Origin: a virus | IMG/VR virus record: IMGVR_UViG_3300021364_000001 | Coordinates: 1 to 64,000 of that record | Length of the DNA: 64,000 bases | Reading direction: 5' to 3' (one strand) | Program-made: the position numbers and the translations under genes | Part shown: positions 43,467-52,150 of the stretch, in pieces | Layout: each line of letters begins with the position of its first letter | Position numbering within the stretch: position 1 is the first letter of the stretch | Notes under the pieces: model-generated | Told to the model about the DNA's origin: nothing | What the model saw: only the letters and a program-made list of their open reading frames with translations | Databases searched by the model: none

Positions 43467-46093
43467 TAGTTGAGCATGACAGGGAGACCATAGATTTGGG
43501 TGGGACCAAGGGCACACCCAAAGGCAGCAAGACCAGTACCGCATCCCATAGAGAGCAGACCGCTTGTCACCTGATTAACAATAGCACCGCTACCCGAGGT
43601 TACGATCTCACCTATGCCACCTGTTGGAGTGGCCACCAGTGTCATGTGTGCGCCAGCGTTGGATCCAGTCACAATGTCTGCCATACCGCAGGCAGTGGAG
43701 GTTCCGAGTGCCATACGAACATGCATGGAGGGAGAGGACGACACGGGTACGTCCATCGTAATGTCAACGATGGAACCATTAACCAGACTATATGAACCAG
43801 TGAACACTGGCATGGTCTGGAAAATTGCGATTACATCCATCCTACCACATGCCAGGAAAGATGTGATCCAGGATGCTTCGTTGACGATCTCACCAGTTGC
43901 TTTGTTGGTGATAGCAGTAGCAGAGGTGTGGACATCAGGGGCGTCGAGAGTAATACCCGAAACACCATTCATCTTCACTTGGTTACCTTGAATGGTAACG
44001 TCACCTTTGTAAGCAATAGCGTGGTCACCTGCCTTGGTTTGGAAGGACTTTGCTTCTTTCTCCCCTGCTTGGAGATTAACGTTCTTAGATGCACTGTTGA
44101 AAGACTTGAATGCACCTTGAACTGCTTTCAATGCAGACTCACCACCTTGTTGGAAGTCAGACTCTGCTTGCTTAGTCCACTGGTTGTCATCTTGGTTCAG
44201 AGCATTATCGCCCTTACCGCTTGCACCAGCGCCAGCACCATTACCTGTGTTCTCGTTGAAGGATCCGTTCACTTCCAGGTGGAAGTCACCCATCACTTTG
44301 AGATAGTAGTCACCTTCAATCGTATGAACCAGGTTGTTCTTGACGTTCTGAATCAAGTCGCGACCAAAGATCGCAGTCTCATTACTAGGAACGTTCTTGT
44401 GGACGTTACCCTTCTTATCTTCAAAGGTAGTAACACCACCAGGACCAGAACGGATGCGCTTCTCCTTCCCAGGTGTAGCGTCATCAATATCTCTGGCACC
44501 ATTCAAGAACAGTTTAGTTTCCATGGCATAGGTGTTGATGCCTTGGAAGAATGAATCAAAGTAATTACCCCCTGTCCCTTCTTCACCAAAGTCGGAACAG
44601 TCGTCACTAGTGTTACCACCAGGACCAGCGAGGGCATCACCAGGATTAGAACATTCGGTGGTCCCCAATAGTGGTAACCACCCTGTCGCTTTCGGTTTTC
44701 GTGCGCTCCTTCCACAATCAATGAACGATGCAATGAGACTCACGATCATTGCAATGATGTTCAGAACGTTAGAGAAGTTAGCAAGAACACTGAAATCAAT
44801 TTGCATCAACTTCTGCAAAGAAGTAGTGATCGAAGAAAGTTGATCGATCGTATTGATTGCAGAGATGATGGTGTTGAAGACCTTAGAGATCTGTTTGAGA
44901 ACCTTACAGATCGCTTTCTGAATACCACCGATTGCCTTGGTGACATAATCAGTGATCATCTTAAAGACTTGGTTGATCGCATTGGTAACCAAGTCCATTA
45001 TCTGGTCAACAAAACTTCCTAAGAAGTCCATTATATTTCCTATGGCATCGAGGAAACCAGGAACAGGTTGACAGAAAATGTCCTGAATGATCTGTTTGAT
45101 GATACTGATGATGGTAGTAACCACCGCCAGAGGAATGATACTAGCAAGTACGTTGACGAAAGCATCGATTGCTTGTCTCAACTGCTGAGCAAGAAGTTCC
45201 TTCAATGGTGCAACCATTGCAGTAACACCATTGGTAACATAGTTAGCGATATTACCAATTTGTTTGAGGATCTGGTTACCAGACTGAGCATGACCACTGA
45301 TAGTAGACACCAAACTACCACCAGAACCCACACCCAAAGAACCGATTTGAGTGCCCAATTCAGTGAGCATTCTCTTCAAGTCCTTGGTGAATCCACCAGA
45401 AGCACCACCAGTTTGTAGAGGACCACTAGTGCCATCAGCAATGCCACCTTCCATAGAAGGGACACCGATCGGGTTTGTATACACGTTGAACGGGTTCTCA
45501 ACTTCCGCTCTACTGATAGCACCACGGGTTTGCTCTTCACCACCCTCAGGACCACCAGGTGTTGCACCCTGACTCTTTACGAATGGAGCACCACCTTCAA
45601 CGTTCTGACCTGTGACTGCTTGACGCTGTGGAGATTGGAAAGCATACTCATCTTTCTCTGCCTCAGTAGAGTCAGCGATGGTCGTTCTGGACACATCAAT
45701 GTCACTACCTTCACTACCTTCTGATCCACCACCTTGTCCAGACTTCTTCTTGAATCCACGGAAGGCACCCATGACACATGGGAGTTGACCTTCATCACCA
45801 TCCATGAAGAAACCCATGACGAATGCACCCACTTGCAATTCACAAGTAGAACCAGCATTCTTGATCTGAGGTTTATCAGTAGGCAGCAAAACAGTTGCCC
45901 AAGGAAGTGCATCCGTAGGGAGATCTTCCAAATAAGAAGAAGAACCATCCTCTCCTACTTTCCCTTTCTGGTGCCAACCTACGATACGTACTTTGACACG
46001 ACCCAAGGAAGCAGGATCTTCTACGCTTTCAACTTCACCGACCCACCAGTTGAATCCATCTCTTCCAGCAAAATCAGTCTTCGTTCCTAACAT
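43466..46093 (-). CDS. gp5: Baseplate hub/central spike gp5 homolog
   Basis: FNWWVGEVESVEDPASLGRVKVRIVGWH...LPWATVL...GAFVMGFFMDG..GQLPCVMG (OB fold); C-terminal beta-helix-like repeats. Confidence 0.9.
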   Translation of the reverse strand: MLGTKTDFAGRDGFNWWVGEVESVEDPASLGRVKVRIVGWHQKGKVGEDGSSSYLEDLPTDALPWATVLLPTDKPQIKNAGSTCELQVGAFVMGFFMDGDEGQLPCVMGAFRGFKKKSGQGGGSEGSEGSDIDVSRTTIADSTEAEKDEYAFQSPQRQAVTGQNVEGGAPFVKSQGATPGGPEGGEEQTRGAISRAEVENPFNVYTNPIGVPSMEGGIADGTSGPLQTGGASGGFTKDLKRMLTELGTQIGSLGVGSGGSLVSTISGHAQSGNQILKQIGNIANYVTNGVTAMVAPLKELLAQQLRQAIDAFVNVLASIIPLAVVTTIISIIKQIIQDIFCQPVPGFLDAIGNIMDFLGSFVDQIMDLVTNAINQVFKMITDYVTKAIGGIQKAICKVLKQISKVFNTIISAINTIDQLSSITTSLQKLMQIDFSVLANFSNVLNIIAMIVSLIASFIDCGRSARKPKATGWLPLLGTTECSNPGDALAGPGGNTSDDCSDFGEEGTGGNYFDSFFQGINTYAMETKLFLNGARDIDDATPGKEKRIRSGPGGVTTFEDKKGNVHKNVPSNETAIFGRDLIQNVKNNLVHTIEGDYYLKVMGDFHLEVNGSFNENTGNGAGAGASGKGDNALNQDDNQWTKQAESDFQQGGESALKAVQGAFKSFNSASKNVNLQAGEKEAKSFQTKAGDHAIAYKGDVTIQGNQVKMNGVSGITLDAPDVHTSATAITNKATGEIVNEASWITSFLACGRMDVIAIFQTMPVFTGSYSLVNGSIVDITMDVPVSSSPSMHVRMALGTSTACGMADIVTGSNAGAHMTLVATPTGGIGEIVTSGSGAIVNQVTSGLLSMGCGTGLAAFGCALGPTQIYGLPVMLN

Positions 46094-46583
46094 TATCAGT
46101 AAGTGTATAGTCTAAGGTCCTGGCATTATTTAGACGCACAAACTCAAACATTCCTTCTTCGGGTAGTTTGCCCCATGCGAATTTGCCTGTTTCGGCATCA
46201 TACCCAGTATCCAAAGACTTATATATTTGTCCATTGAACTGGACTTCGCTTACTACTTTGGTGTTCCTGAGAATACAATCACCATCTAACTCACCGAACC
46301 ACCATCCATCAAAGTAACCGAATTTCCAAGAACAACTTGGTTCGTTGGTGAGTAAGTTGGTTGATTGAGTGAAGACAGTTACATCATTCTCGTATGTGAG
46401 ATCCACTTGAAAGTGGCGATAGGGGTTGTCTTCACCTTGGTAATTATACCAGGACTTCATTTCTAGTGTCAAGGGTGCAACTTTCGTATACAGAATGTTG
46501 ATCGTTGGCCACTTAGTTGGGTTTGATTGTGCTTGTTTCTTATTGAGGTAATGCCCCAATATCATCCTCTCAAATAAGGTCAT
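46074..46583 (-). CDS. cpeT: CpeT/CpcT-like phycobilin lyase
   Basis: NKKQAQSNP..WP.I...SWYNYQGEDNPYR...C...F...C.....KVVSEVQF....Y.S.D.G.D.ETG...WG...G.FEF.R. Confidence 0.85.
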   Translation of the reverse strand: MTLFERMILGHYLNKKQAQSNPTKWPTINILYTKVAPLTLEMKSWYNYQGEDNPYRHFQVDLTYENDVTVFTQSTNLLTNEPSCSWKFGYFDGWWFGELDGDCILRNTKVVSEVQFNGQIYKSLDTGYDAETGKFAWGKLPEEGMFEFVRLNNARTLDYTLTDNVRNED

Positions 46584-47148
46584 ACCATCCAGTCACAATA
46601 GTCTTCTCTTCATTGGGTGCTGGCAGACCTTTGTGCATATGTGTCCAGTCTGCTGGCCATATTAAGGTCAATCCTTTGACAGGTTTCACCTTACATTGCT
46701 GTGTCTCAAAGTATGTCTCTCCACCTTCTTCTACATCATTTAGATAAGTCATCCATGCCATGATTCTATTGGCACATTGTGGATGACCACTTCCTCTCTC
46801 ACAGTGTAATTTCTTAAACCCTCCGTTGGGAGGATACCATTGAATGTTGAAATCTTCTAGAAGATCCCACTTCATGGTTTTAAGTTGAGGATAAAAGTTG
46901 CAATATAACTTAGTAACTTCTGCTAGTTGATCAATAAAGTCAACAATCCTCCTGTCCTTGATATACCGAGGTATTGTCAAGTCTATGGAATCCTTAATAT
47001 CCTTGTCGATCCCGTTGCCATGGTGTCCTGGTTCCTTATCTAAGTAATCGCATGTATTGAAAAAGTCAATCACCCCATCACAGACTTCTGGACTTATCTT
47101 CCCACCACCGATAAAACTATACGGTGCATCTATATCTAAGTAATCCAT
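46570..47148 (-). CDS. Fe(II)/2OG oxygenase (prolyl-4-hydroxylase-like)
   Basis: IQWYPPNGGFKKLHCE...RIMAWMTYLNDVEEGGETYF...VKPVKG..LIWPADWTHMHKG. Confidence 0.9.
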   Translation of the reverse strand: MDYLDIDAPYSFIGGGKISPEVCDGVIDFFNTCDYLDKEPGHHGNGIDKDIKDSIDLTIPRYIKDRRIVDFIDQLAEVTKLYCNFYPQLKTMKWDLLEDFNIQWYPPNGGFKKLHCERGSGHPQCANRIMAWMTYLNDVEEGGETYFETQQCKVKPVKGLTLIWPADWTHMHKGLPAPNEEKTIVTGWYDLI

Positions 47149-47214
47149 AAAGCCTCAAAGAACCCTGTCTCTCAACCCTGACAGTGTTGATTATAATGAT
47201 TTATTCAGTGGTTG

Positions 47215-47427
47215 TCAACAATCGTAGATTCTGCACTCGTCAGACTCAGGGTTCTGATCGCAGTACATCTCGAACGCAGTCGGATCGTGTCCGTCACCTG
47301 GGTGTCCTTGCTTCCATTGAGCGAGATCACTCAGTTCTGCCTCCAAGTGGCGGCGACGTTGTGCGGAAATGTTTGGATTATTCAGTTCGTCAACATCCGA
47401 TTGGATGTGCTTATCAATGTTTTCCAT
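47215..47427 (-). CDS. cp12: CP12 Calvin-cycle inhibitor
   Basis: IDKHI..D..EL.NP.IS.QRRRH.E.EL..L......HPGD.HDPT..E.YCD.NPE.DECRIYD. Confidence 0.92.
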   Translation of the reverse strand: MENIDKHIQSDVDELNNPNISAQRRRHLEAELSDLAQWKQGHPGDGHDPTAFEMYCDQNPESDECRIYDC

Positions 47428-47453
47428 TTAATACTAGTGTGATAGTATGATAC

Positions 47454-47461
47454 TATTTATT
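47454..47461 (-). promoter_or_regulatory. Late promoter AATAAATA upstream of cp12
   Basis: Plus strand tatttatt, about 27 nt upstream of the cp12 start. Confidence 0.65.
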
Positions 47462-48875
47462 TGCCTTTGTTCTGGGGACTCACAGGAAGACTATCGCGGC
47501 ACAAGTAGAGTTCAGTCGTCATACCATTTTGATTGTAGACGTGCTTGACACCTTTGATAAGATATTTACCTGAGAACTGTCTGTCCTTACCCAGTTTGTT
47601 CTTGTTCTTCTGGATCGATTCTGGAATGACTACCTTGATCACGCCACCTGCATACACTGCTGTGTTACCTGGTACAGTAATCGTGAGCGTGTGGGTATTC
47701 AGCAGGAACCATCTCTGGTTAGCGTATGATGCTGCCACCAAAATACTGGCGCTCTCTTCTTCTGCACCACCGTCAGGTGAATTGGGTGCTTGCTGTGTCA
47801 ACTTGGGCAGAATCTTCAACTTAGTTCTAGTAGGGAACTCAGTCTCAAACTCCTCAGTAACCTTATCATCATATGGGAATCCCTTCTCCAAGGTAGATGC
47901 CTTATCGAAGATACTTCTCAGTCTGTTGACAACAGGACCAGTAACTGTACCTTCTGGTTTGCTATCACCTGTCGTTGCACTCGCTACTGGTAGTGAACTG
48001 GATGTAGGTGCTGCCATGACAACACCAAAGGTTGCTGTCTGATACACACCCTGTCTCAGTTTTTCCAGTTGGTTTGCTCTGTCTGGGTACTTGATATTTT
48101 CGATCTTGAACATGTTCAGAACAGGATCATCATCGTTGACGTTCTTCTGTCCATACTTGTACTCAGCGATGACACCCCCTTCACAGAGTAGATCGATAGA
48201 CTTGAAGTGGTATCCATTCTTGTTTTGGTAGAACACAAAACCAGACTGTCTCTTACCGATGTTACCTTTCTGCTTCTTACCCCCACCTTTTCCTTTGGTT
48301 CCTTTACCAGGAGAAGTTCTACTTACCTTATCTGTAAGATATGATATACAGTCAACAGGTCTCCAATTAGGAGAGATCACATTCATCTTAGTGTAAGGTT
48401 CAATCTCAATATCCTTCTTAGATACTCCGAGATGATCCTTCAACATTCTCTCTACAACATCATTCTTACCATTCTTTGCACCAAACAGACCGAAGGCACG
48501 GTTTGCTTCGTTCTTATACATCTCAGGAGCACCAAAGTGCAAGATATACATCTTGGCACGTTCACTCTTGATGACACTACCAATCTTATACATCTGCAAC
48601 GTTGCTTTGATCTTACCATCCTTGGCAGACTTTTTGCTGTCACCTTGACTAGCAAAGGTTTCAAACTCGATGTCTAACTTCTCAGTTCCATATAGTCTGG
48701 CGTCCAAGTCAGTAGAATCCAAGATCGCCATATCTAATCTGACGAATGGGGAATCAATAGACTCAAACCATGAGAACTCAGAGATGACACCTTTGATGTC
48801 CAGTTTCTCATCTTTGTCTCCACCTTTGAGGTGAAGATCTGCCTTGATTAGTTTATATGCTTTGGAATCTGCCAT
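47457..48875 (-). CDS. Baseplate hub protein (gp27/gpD-like)
   Basis: ISEFSWFESIDSPFVRLDMAILDS N-terminus and TITVPGN..V.AG.VI.V.I.....FSGKYLIKGVKH C-terminus. Confidence 0.75.
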   Translation of the reverse strand: MADSKAYKLIKADLHLKGGDKDEKLDIKGVISEFSWFESIDSPFVRLDMAILDSTDLDARLYGTEKLDIEFETFASQGDSKKSAKDGKIKATLQMYKIGSVIKSERAKMYILHFGAPEMYKNEANRAFGLFGAKNGKNDVVERMLKDHLGVSKKDIEIEPYTKMNVISPNWRPVDCISYLTDKVSRTSPGKGTKGKGGGKKQKGNIGKRQSGFVFYQNKNGYHFKSIDLLCEGGVIAEYKYGQKNVNDDDPVLNMFKIENIKYPDRANQLEKLRQGVYQTATFGVVMAAPTSSSLPVASATTGDSKPEGTVTGPVVNRLRSIFDKASTLEKGFPYDDKVTEEFETEFPTRTKLKILPKLTQQAPNSPDGGAEEESASILVAASYANQRWFLLNTHTLTITVPGNTAVYAGGVIKVVIPESIQKNKNKLGKDRQFSGKYLIKGVKHVYNQNGMTTELYLCRDSLPVSPQNKGK

Positions 48876-51800
48876 TACGCGATACTAACTGGTTCTGCAA
48901 AGATCTCGGCGGTGAGACCGAATCTGGGTCTAGCATATGCATTCGCTGGAATCTCATATGGTCCAGAAGCAGGCATGTCTACTTCTGCTGCCACCTGCTG
49001 TGGTGGAGATGAGTTACCACCAGCAGCAGGGAGTTGTGTACTAGTTAGGCTTACATTCTCACCCGCCTCTGCCTTTGCTTCATCTTCTGCTTTCTGCTTT
49101 GCAGCAAGTTGGTCACCACTCCTGGGTCTGAGGTCAGACTCATCGATACCTGCTGCCAGACCACCAGACGGTGTTCCACTACCCATCTCCTGAGCATCCT
49201 GAACATACTTTTTAAGGATGTCCATCTTGCCCATGAGTGCTTCCATAGGATTCTTTTTCTTCTCACCATGTGCTGTTTCCTCACCAGTTACAGGATCAAC
49301 TGAGACACCACCAGTGTTTGCAGATACTTGGGTATCGGTAGCAGTTCCCTGAGCAGTAGGACCATCACCCTCATAGTCACCCCATCCCATGCCGTCAAAG
49401 ATTCTCAACTTACCATCTTTGTTGACAATATCACCAGTCGCATACTTCTTATTAGGATCAAACTTAGGATAACCACCACCACTTAATGCTTTCAGCATCT
49501 CATCAACACCAATGTGAGCAGCATTGCTACCCACACCTGCATAATATGACTCACCTTTCTTGACCGCTCTGCTGTGACCCTGCATATCCTTAGGTACAGG
49601 AACTGCTGCCCAGACCTTAGCGAGTCTGATCATTGCTTCCTGAGGATTGTCTTTCATCATTCCAGGTGTCACACCTGCCTGTCCTTTCTCGATCAGGTGA
49701 ACAGCAATCTTCGTCTGGTTCTCAGCATTATACTTATCAGTCATCGGATCAAGTCCGACTGCCTTCGCTCTTGCAACCAAGAATCTGGGGAGGTTCTGCC
49801 ACTTACCTACGGCACCTGTTGCCTTCGCAGCAACCTGTGCGATTGTCATGTCTGTTGCACCAGGAAGTGTCGTACCAGGTGCCATGGCATCCCACTTACC
49901 GCGTGACTCTTCTCTTGCAATGAGATCCAAGACAGGAGCATATACACCACCAGATGCATATTTCTTGCCAGACTTACACCAGGGGCAGAATGGACCAGAG
50001 ATGCCTAGGTTGAGGTTACCACCTGTTGCCATTTCTTTGGCATCAGCAGCATAGTCTCCAATAAGTCCAGCATTACCAGTAAAGAATGCTGCCATTTTCT
50101 CGGCAGAAAGATATGAACTAGTAGAGTCAAAAGTATTAGTAGTGCTACCCTCACTACTACCTGACTGGTTGTTAGTATTGGTGGCATTGTTCTTGGTGCT
50201 ACCTTTACTTGCTGCTGCTTTGGCGGGGTTGGGAGATCCTGCATCAGGAGGAACAGGAATCTCTGGCATACCAAGCATCTTTCTTACTTGGTTACGAATG
50301 ATGTGACCACCAGAACCTTTCTCACCATCCTTGGTTAGGTGCCACAAGTCCCAACGTGCGCCATCACCACCCCATGCAGTAGGACCATAGTTGTCATTGC
50401 CAGGCAGTTGTCCATCTTTACCAGATGCTGCCTCAGCATGGGTCATAATGTTCTTGACATTAATATCACTTTCTTTCCAACCACGCTTCTTAGCAATGTC
50501 AGCGATCTCTCCTGACAAAGATGAAATCTGTTTACCAGAAGGCCATACATAATTACCGCCAGATCCTGCCATGGCAGCAACTGCCATACCAATACCTTGA
50601 CCGTTTCTTAGATAAGTGTGTGCAACACCAGATCTCTGGTCATATGGGTGAGCACGATAGATGCTACCATCACCCTGAACAATAGAGTGATACTTACCTG
50701 ACTGTTTGAAGTTACCGCCACCAGCAGTCCAGTGGAGGAAGATCTTACCACCCTGTGCTAGTTTTCTAAGAGATTCCATCCCTGCCAGACGATTCTCTTC
50801 CTGAGAACCATCGCGACGTGGATTCTTGGTGTTAGATAGTTTACCACCCATAGCAAAAGAGGGAAGACTATATCCACCTGCCTTTGCCTGCTGCATTCTC
50901 AGACTGGTCAGACCGTTTCTTCCACCAGAAGTTGCAGGTGTGTTGAACGGAATTACGAATGCATCACCACCAGCGGAGCGTCTGCCTACCCACTCAGTAC
51001 CATGACCAATAAAGGATGTAGATGCACCACCATCTAGTGATACAGGATAACCAGACATAGGTCCAGTAATCCATCCACCACCTGCTGCTTTCTTCTTAAC
51101 CTTACCACCGTCTGCCTTCTCGTCCAGACCCTCATCGGAGAACATGTCACCGCTCATAGGAGCGCCGACCATGCCACCATTCTCTAAGGTTTCATCTAGT
51201 TCTGTCTTGCCTTCCTCTACACCAGGTGCCTTTGCTTTACTACCCAGAGCGATACCAAGTGCTCCGATACCAGCAATGCCCATCAGTGCCCATCCCATGC
51301 CAGATCCTACAAGGAAACTGACAACACCTTTCATCACATTGAAGACTGCCATCCCCATCTTGCTCATAAATCCAAAGACAGCATTCGCTAATCCTTTGGA
51401 TCCAAGACTACCCATCAACTTGAACAGAAGTCCAAGTCCTAGTTTGGCAACAGCAGCAGGTGCAAAGATAAGACCCAGTGCTGTTATGAATTTGAGTATA
51501 CCAAAGACACCTTCAAAACTAAATGGGTTCTCCATGAATGATACGATACCATCCAGACCCATGTTGATCAGGAATCCATAGGTATCCTTCAACCAAGTAC
51601 CAATCGCCTTGATTGCTTCAAGCATCTTCTTAATCTTCTTGATGTTCTCTGGATTAGAGAACCAGTCAAGAATTTCATACAGAACCAAAGTTCTAAACAG
51701 ATTCGAGAATAGAGATGCTAATCCCTTGAAGAATCCAAAGGCACCAGCAGCAACCTTCTTCGACTTCTCACCAAATGTCGATTTCTTATCTCTTTTCCCT

Positions 51801-52150
51801 TCTTGTAAGTTTTCTGCTTTCTTATCTTGCTCTAATCCTTCTGCTCTCTTCTTTGCCCTCTTCTGATCTTTTAGTCTCTTCTTCTCATCCTCAATATGAT
51901 CCTCACGGAGATTCAGGATTGCTTCCTGATTTTTCATGTAGGTGCCCATGAATCCCTTCATGGATGTAGTCATCTCTTCCATGACCACACCAATCGAGTT
52001 GGTGGTAGCACCCAGACTATTGATCGCCTTGATATTCTTTACAGCACCATCTGTGGGTTGCGTAACCGCCTTCCCACCAATCATGACAGTGATTCCTTTA
52101 CCACCTGTGGATGGGGGAGTTACATATTTGTAAAATCTTATCTTTGCCAT
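48875..52150 (-). CDS. Tape-measure-like virion protein with amidase-2-like and lysozyme-like domains
   Basis: IFLHWTAG...YHSIVQGDG...AHTYLRN...IGMAV...MTHAEA (amidase-2); LDLIAREES.G...MTIAQV...AVGKWQ (lysozyme-like); coiled-coil and hydrophobic N-terminal half. Confidence 0.7.
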   Translation of the reverse strand: MAKIRFYKYVTPPSTGGKGITVMIGGKAVTQPTDGAVKNIKAINSLGATTNSIGVVMEEMTTSMKGFMGTYMKNQEAILNLREDHIEDEKKRLKDQKRAKKRAEGLEQDKKAENLQEGKRDKKSTFGEKSKKVAAGAFGFFKGLASLFSNLFRTLVLYEILDWFSNPENIKKIKKMLEAIKAIGTWLKDTYGFLINMGLDGIVSFMENPFSFEGVFGILKFITALGLIFAPAAVAKLGLGLLFKLMGSLGSKGLANAVFGFMSKMGMAVFNVMKGVVSFLVGSGMGWALMGIAGIGALGIALGSKAKAPGVEEGKTELDETLENGGMVGAPMSGDMFSDEGLDEKADGGKVKKKAAGGGWITGPMSGYPVSLDGGASTSFIGHGTEWVGRRSAGGDAFVIPFNTPATSGGRNGLTSLRMQQAKAGGYSLPSFAMGGKLSNTKNPRRDGSQEENRLAGMESLRKLAQGGKIFLHWTAGGGNFKQSGKYHSIVQGDGSIYRAHPYDQRSGVAHTYLRNGQGIGMAVAAMAGSGGNYVWPSGKQISSLSGEIADIAKKRGWKESDINVKNIMTHAEAASGKDGQLPGNDNYGPTAWGGDGARWDLWHLTKDGEKGSGGHIIRNQVRKMLGMPEIPVPPDAGSPNPAKAAASKGSTKNNATNTNNQSGSSEGSTTNTFDSTSSYLSAEKMAAFFTGNAGLIGDYAADAKEMATGGNLNLGISGPFCPWCKSGKKYASGGVYAPVLDLIAREESRGKWDAMAPGTTLPGATDMTIAQVAAKATGAVGKWQNLPRFLVARAKAVGLDPMTDKYNAENQTKIAVHLIEKGQAGVTPGMMKDNPQEAMIRLAKVWAAVPVPKDMQGHSRAVKKGESYYAGVGSNAAHIGVDEMLKALSGGGYPKFDPNKKYATGDIVNKDGKLRIFDGMGWGDYEGDGPTAQGTATDTQVSANTGGVSVDPVTGEETAHGEKKKNPMEALMGKMDILKKYVQDAQEMGSGTPSGGLAAGIDESDLRPRSGDQLAAKQKAEDEAKAEAGENVSLTSTQLPAAGGNSSPPQQVAAEVDMPASGPYEIPANAYARPRFGLTAEIFAEPVSIA

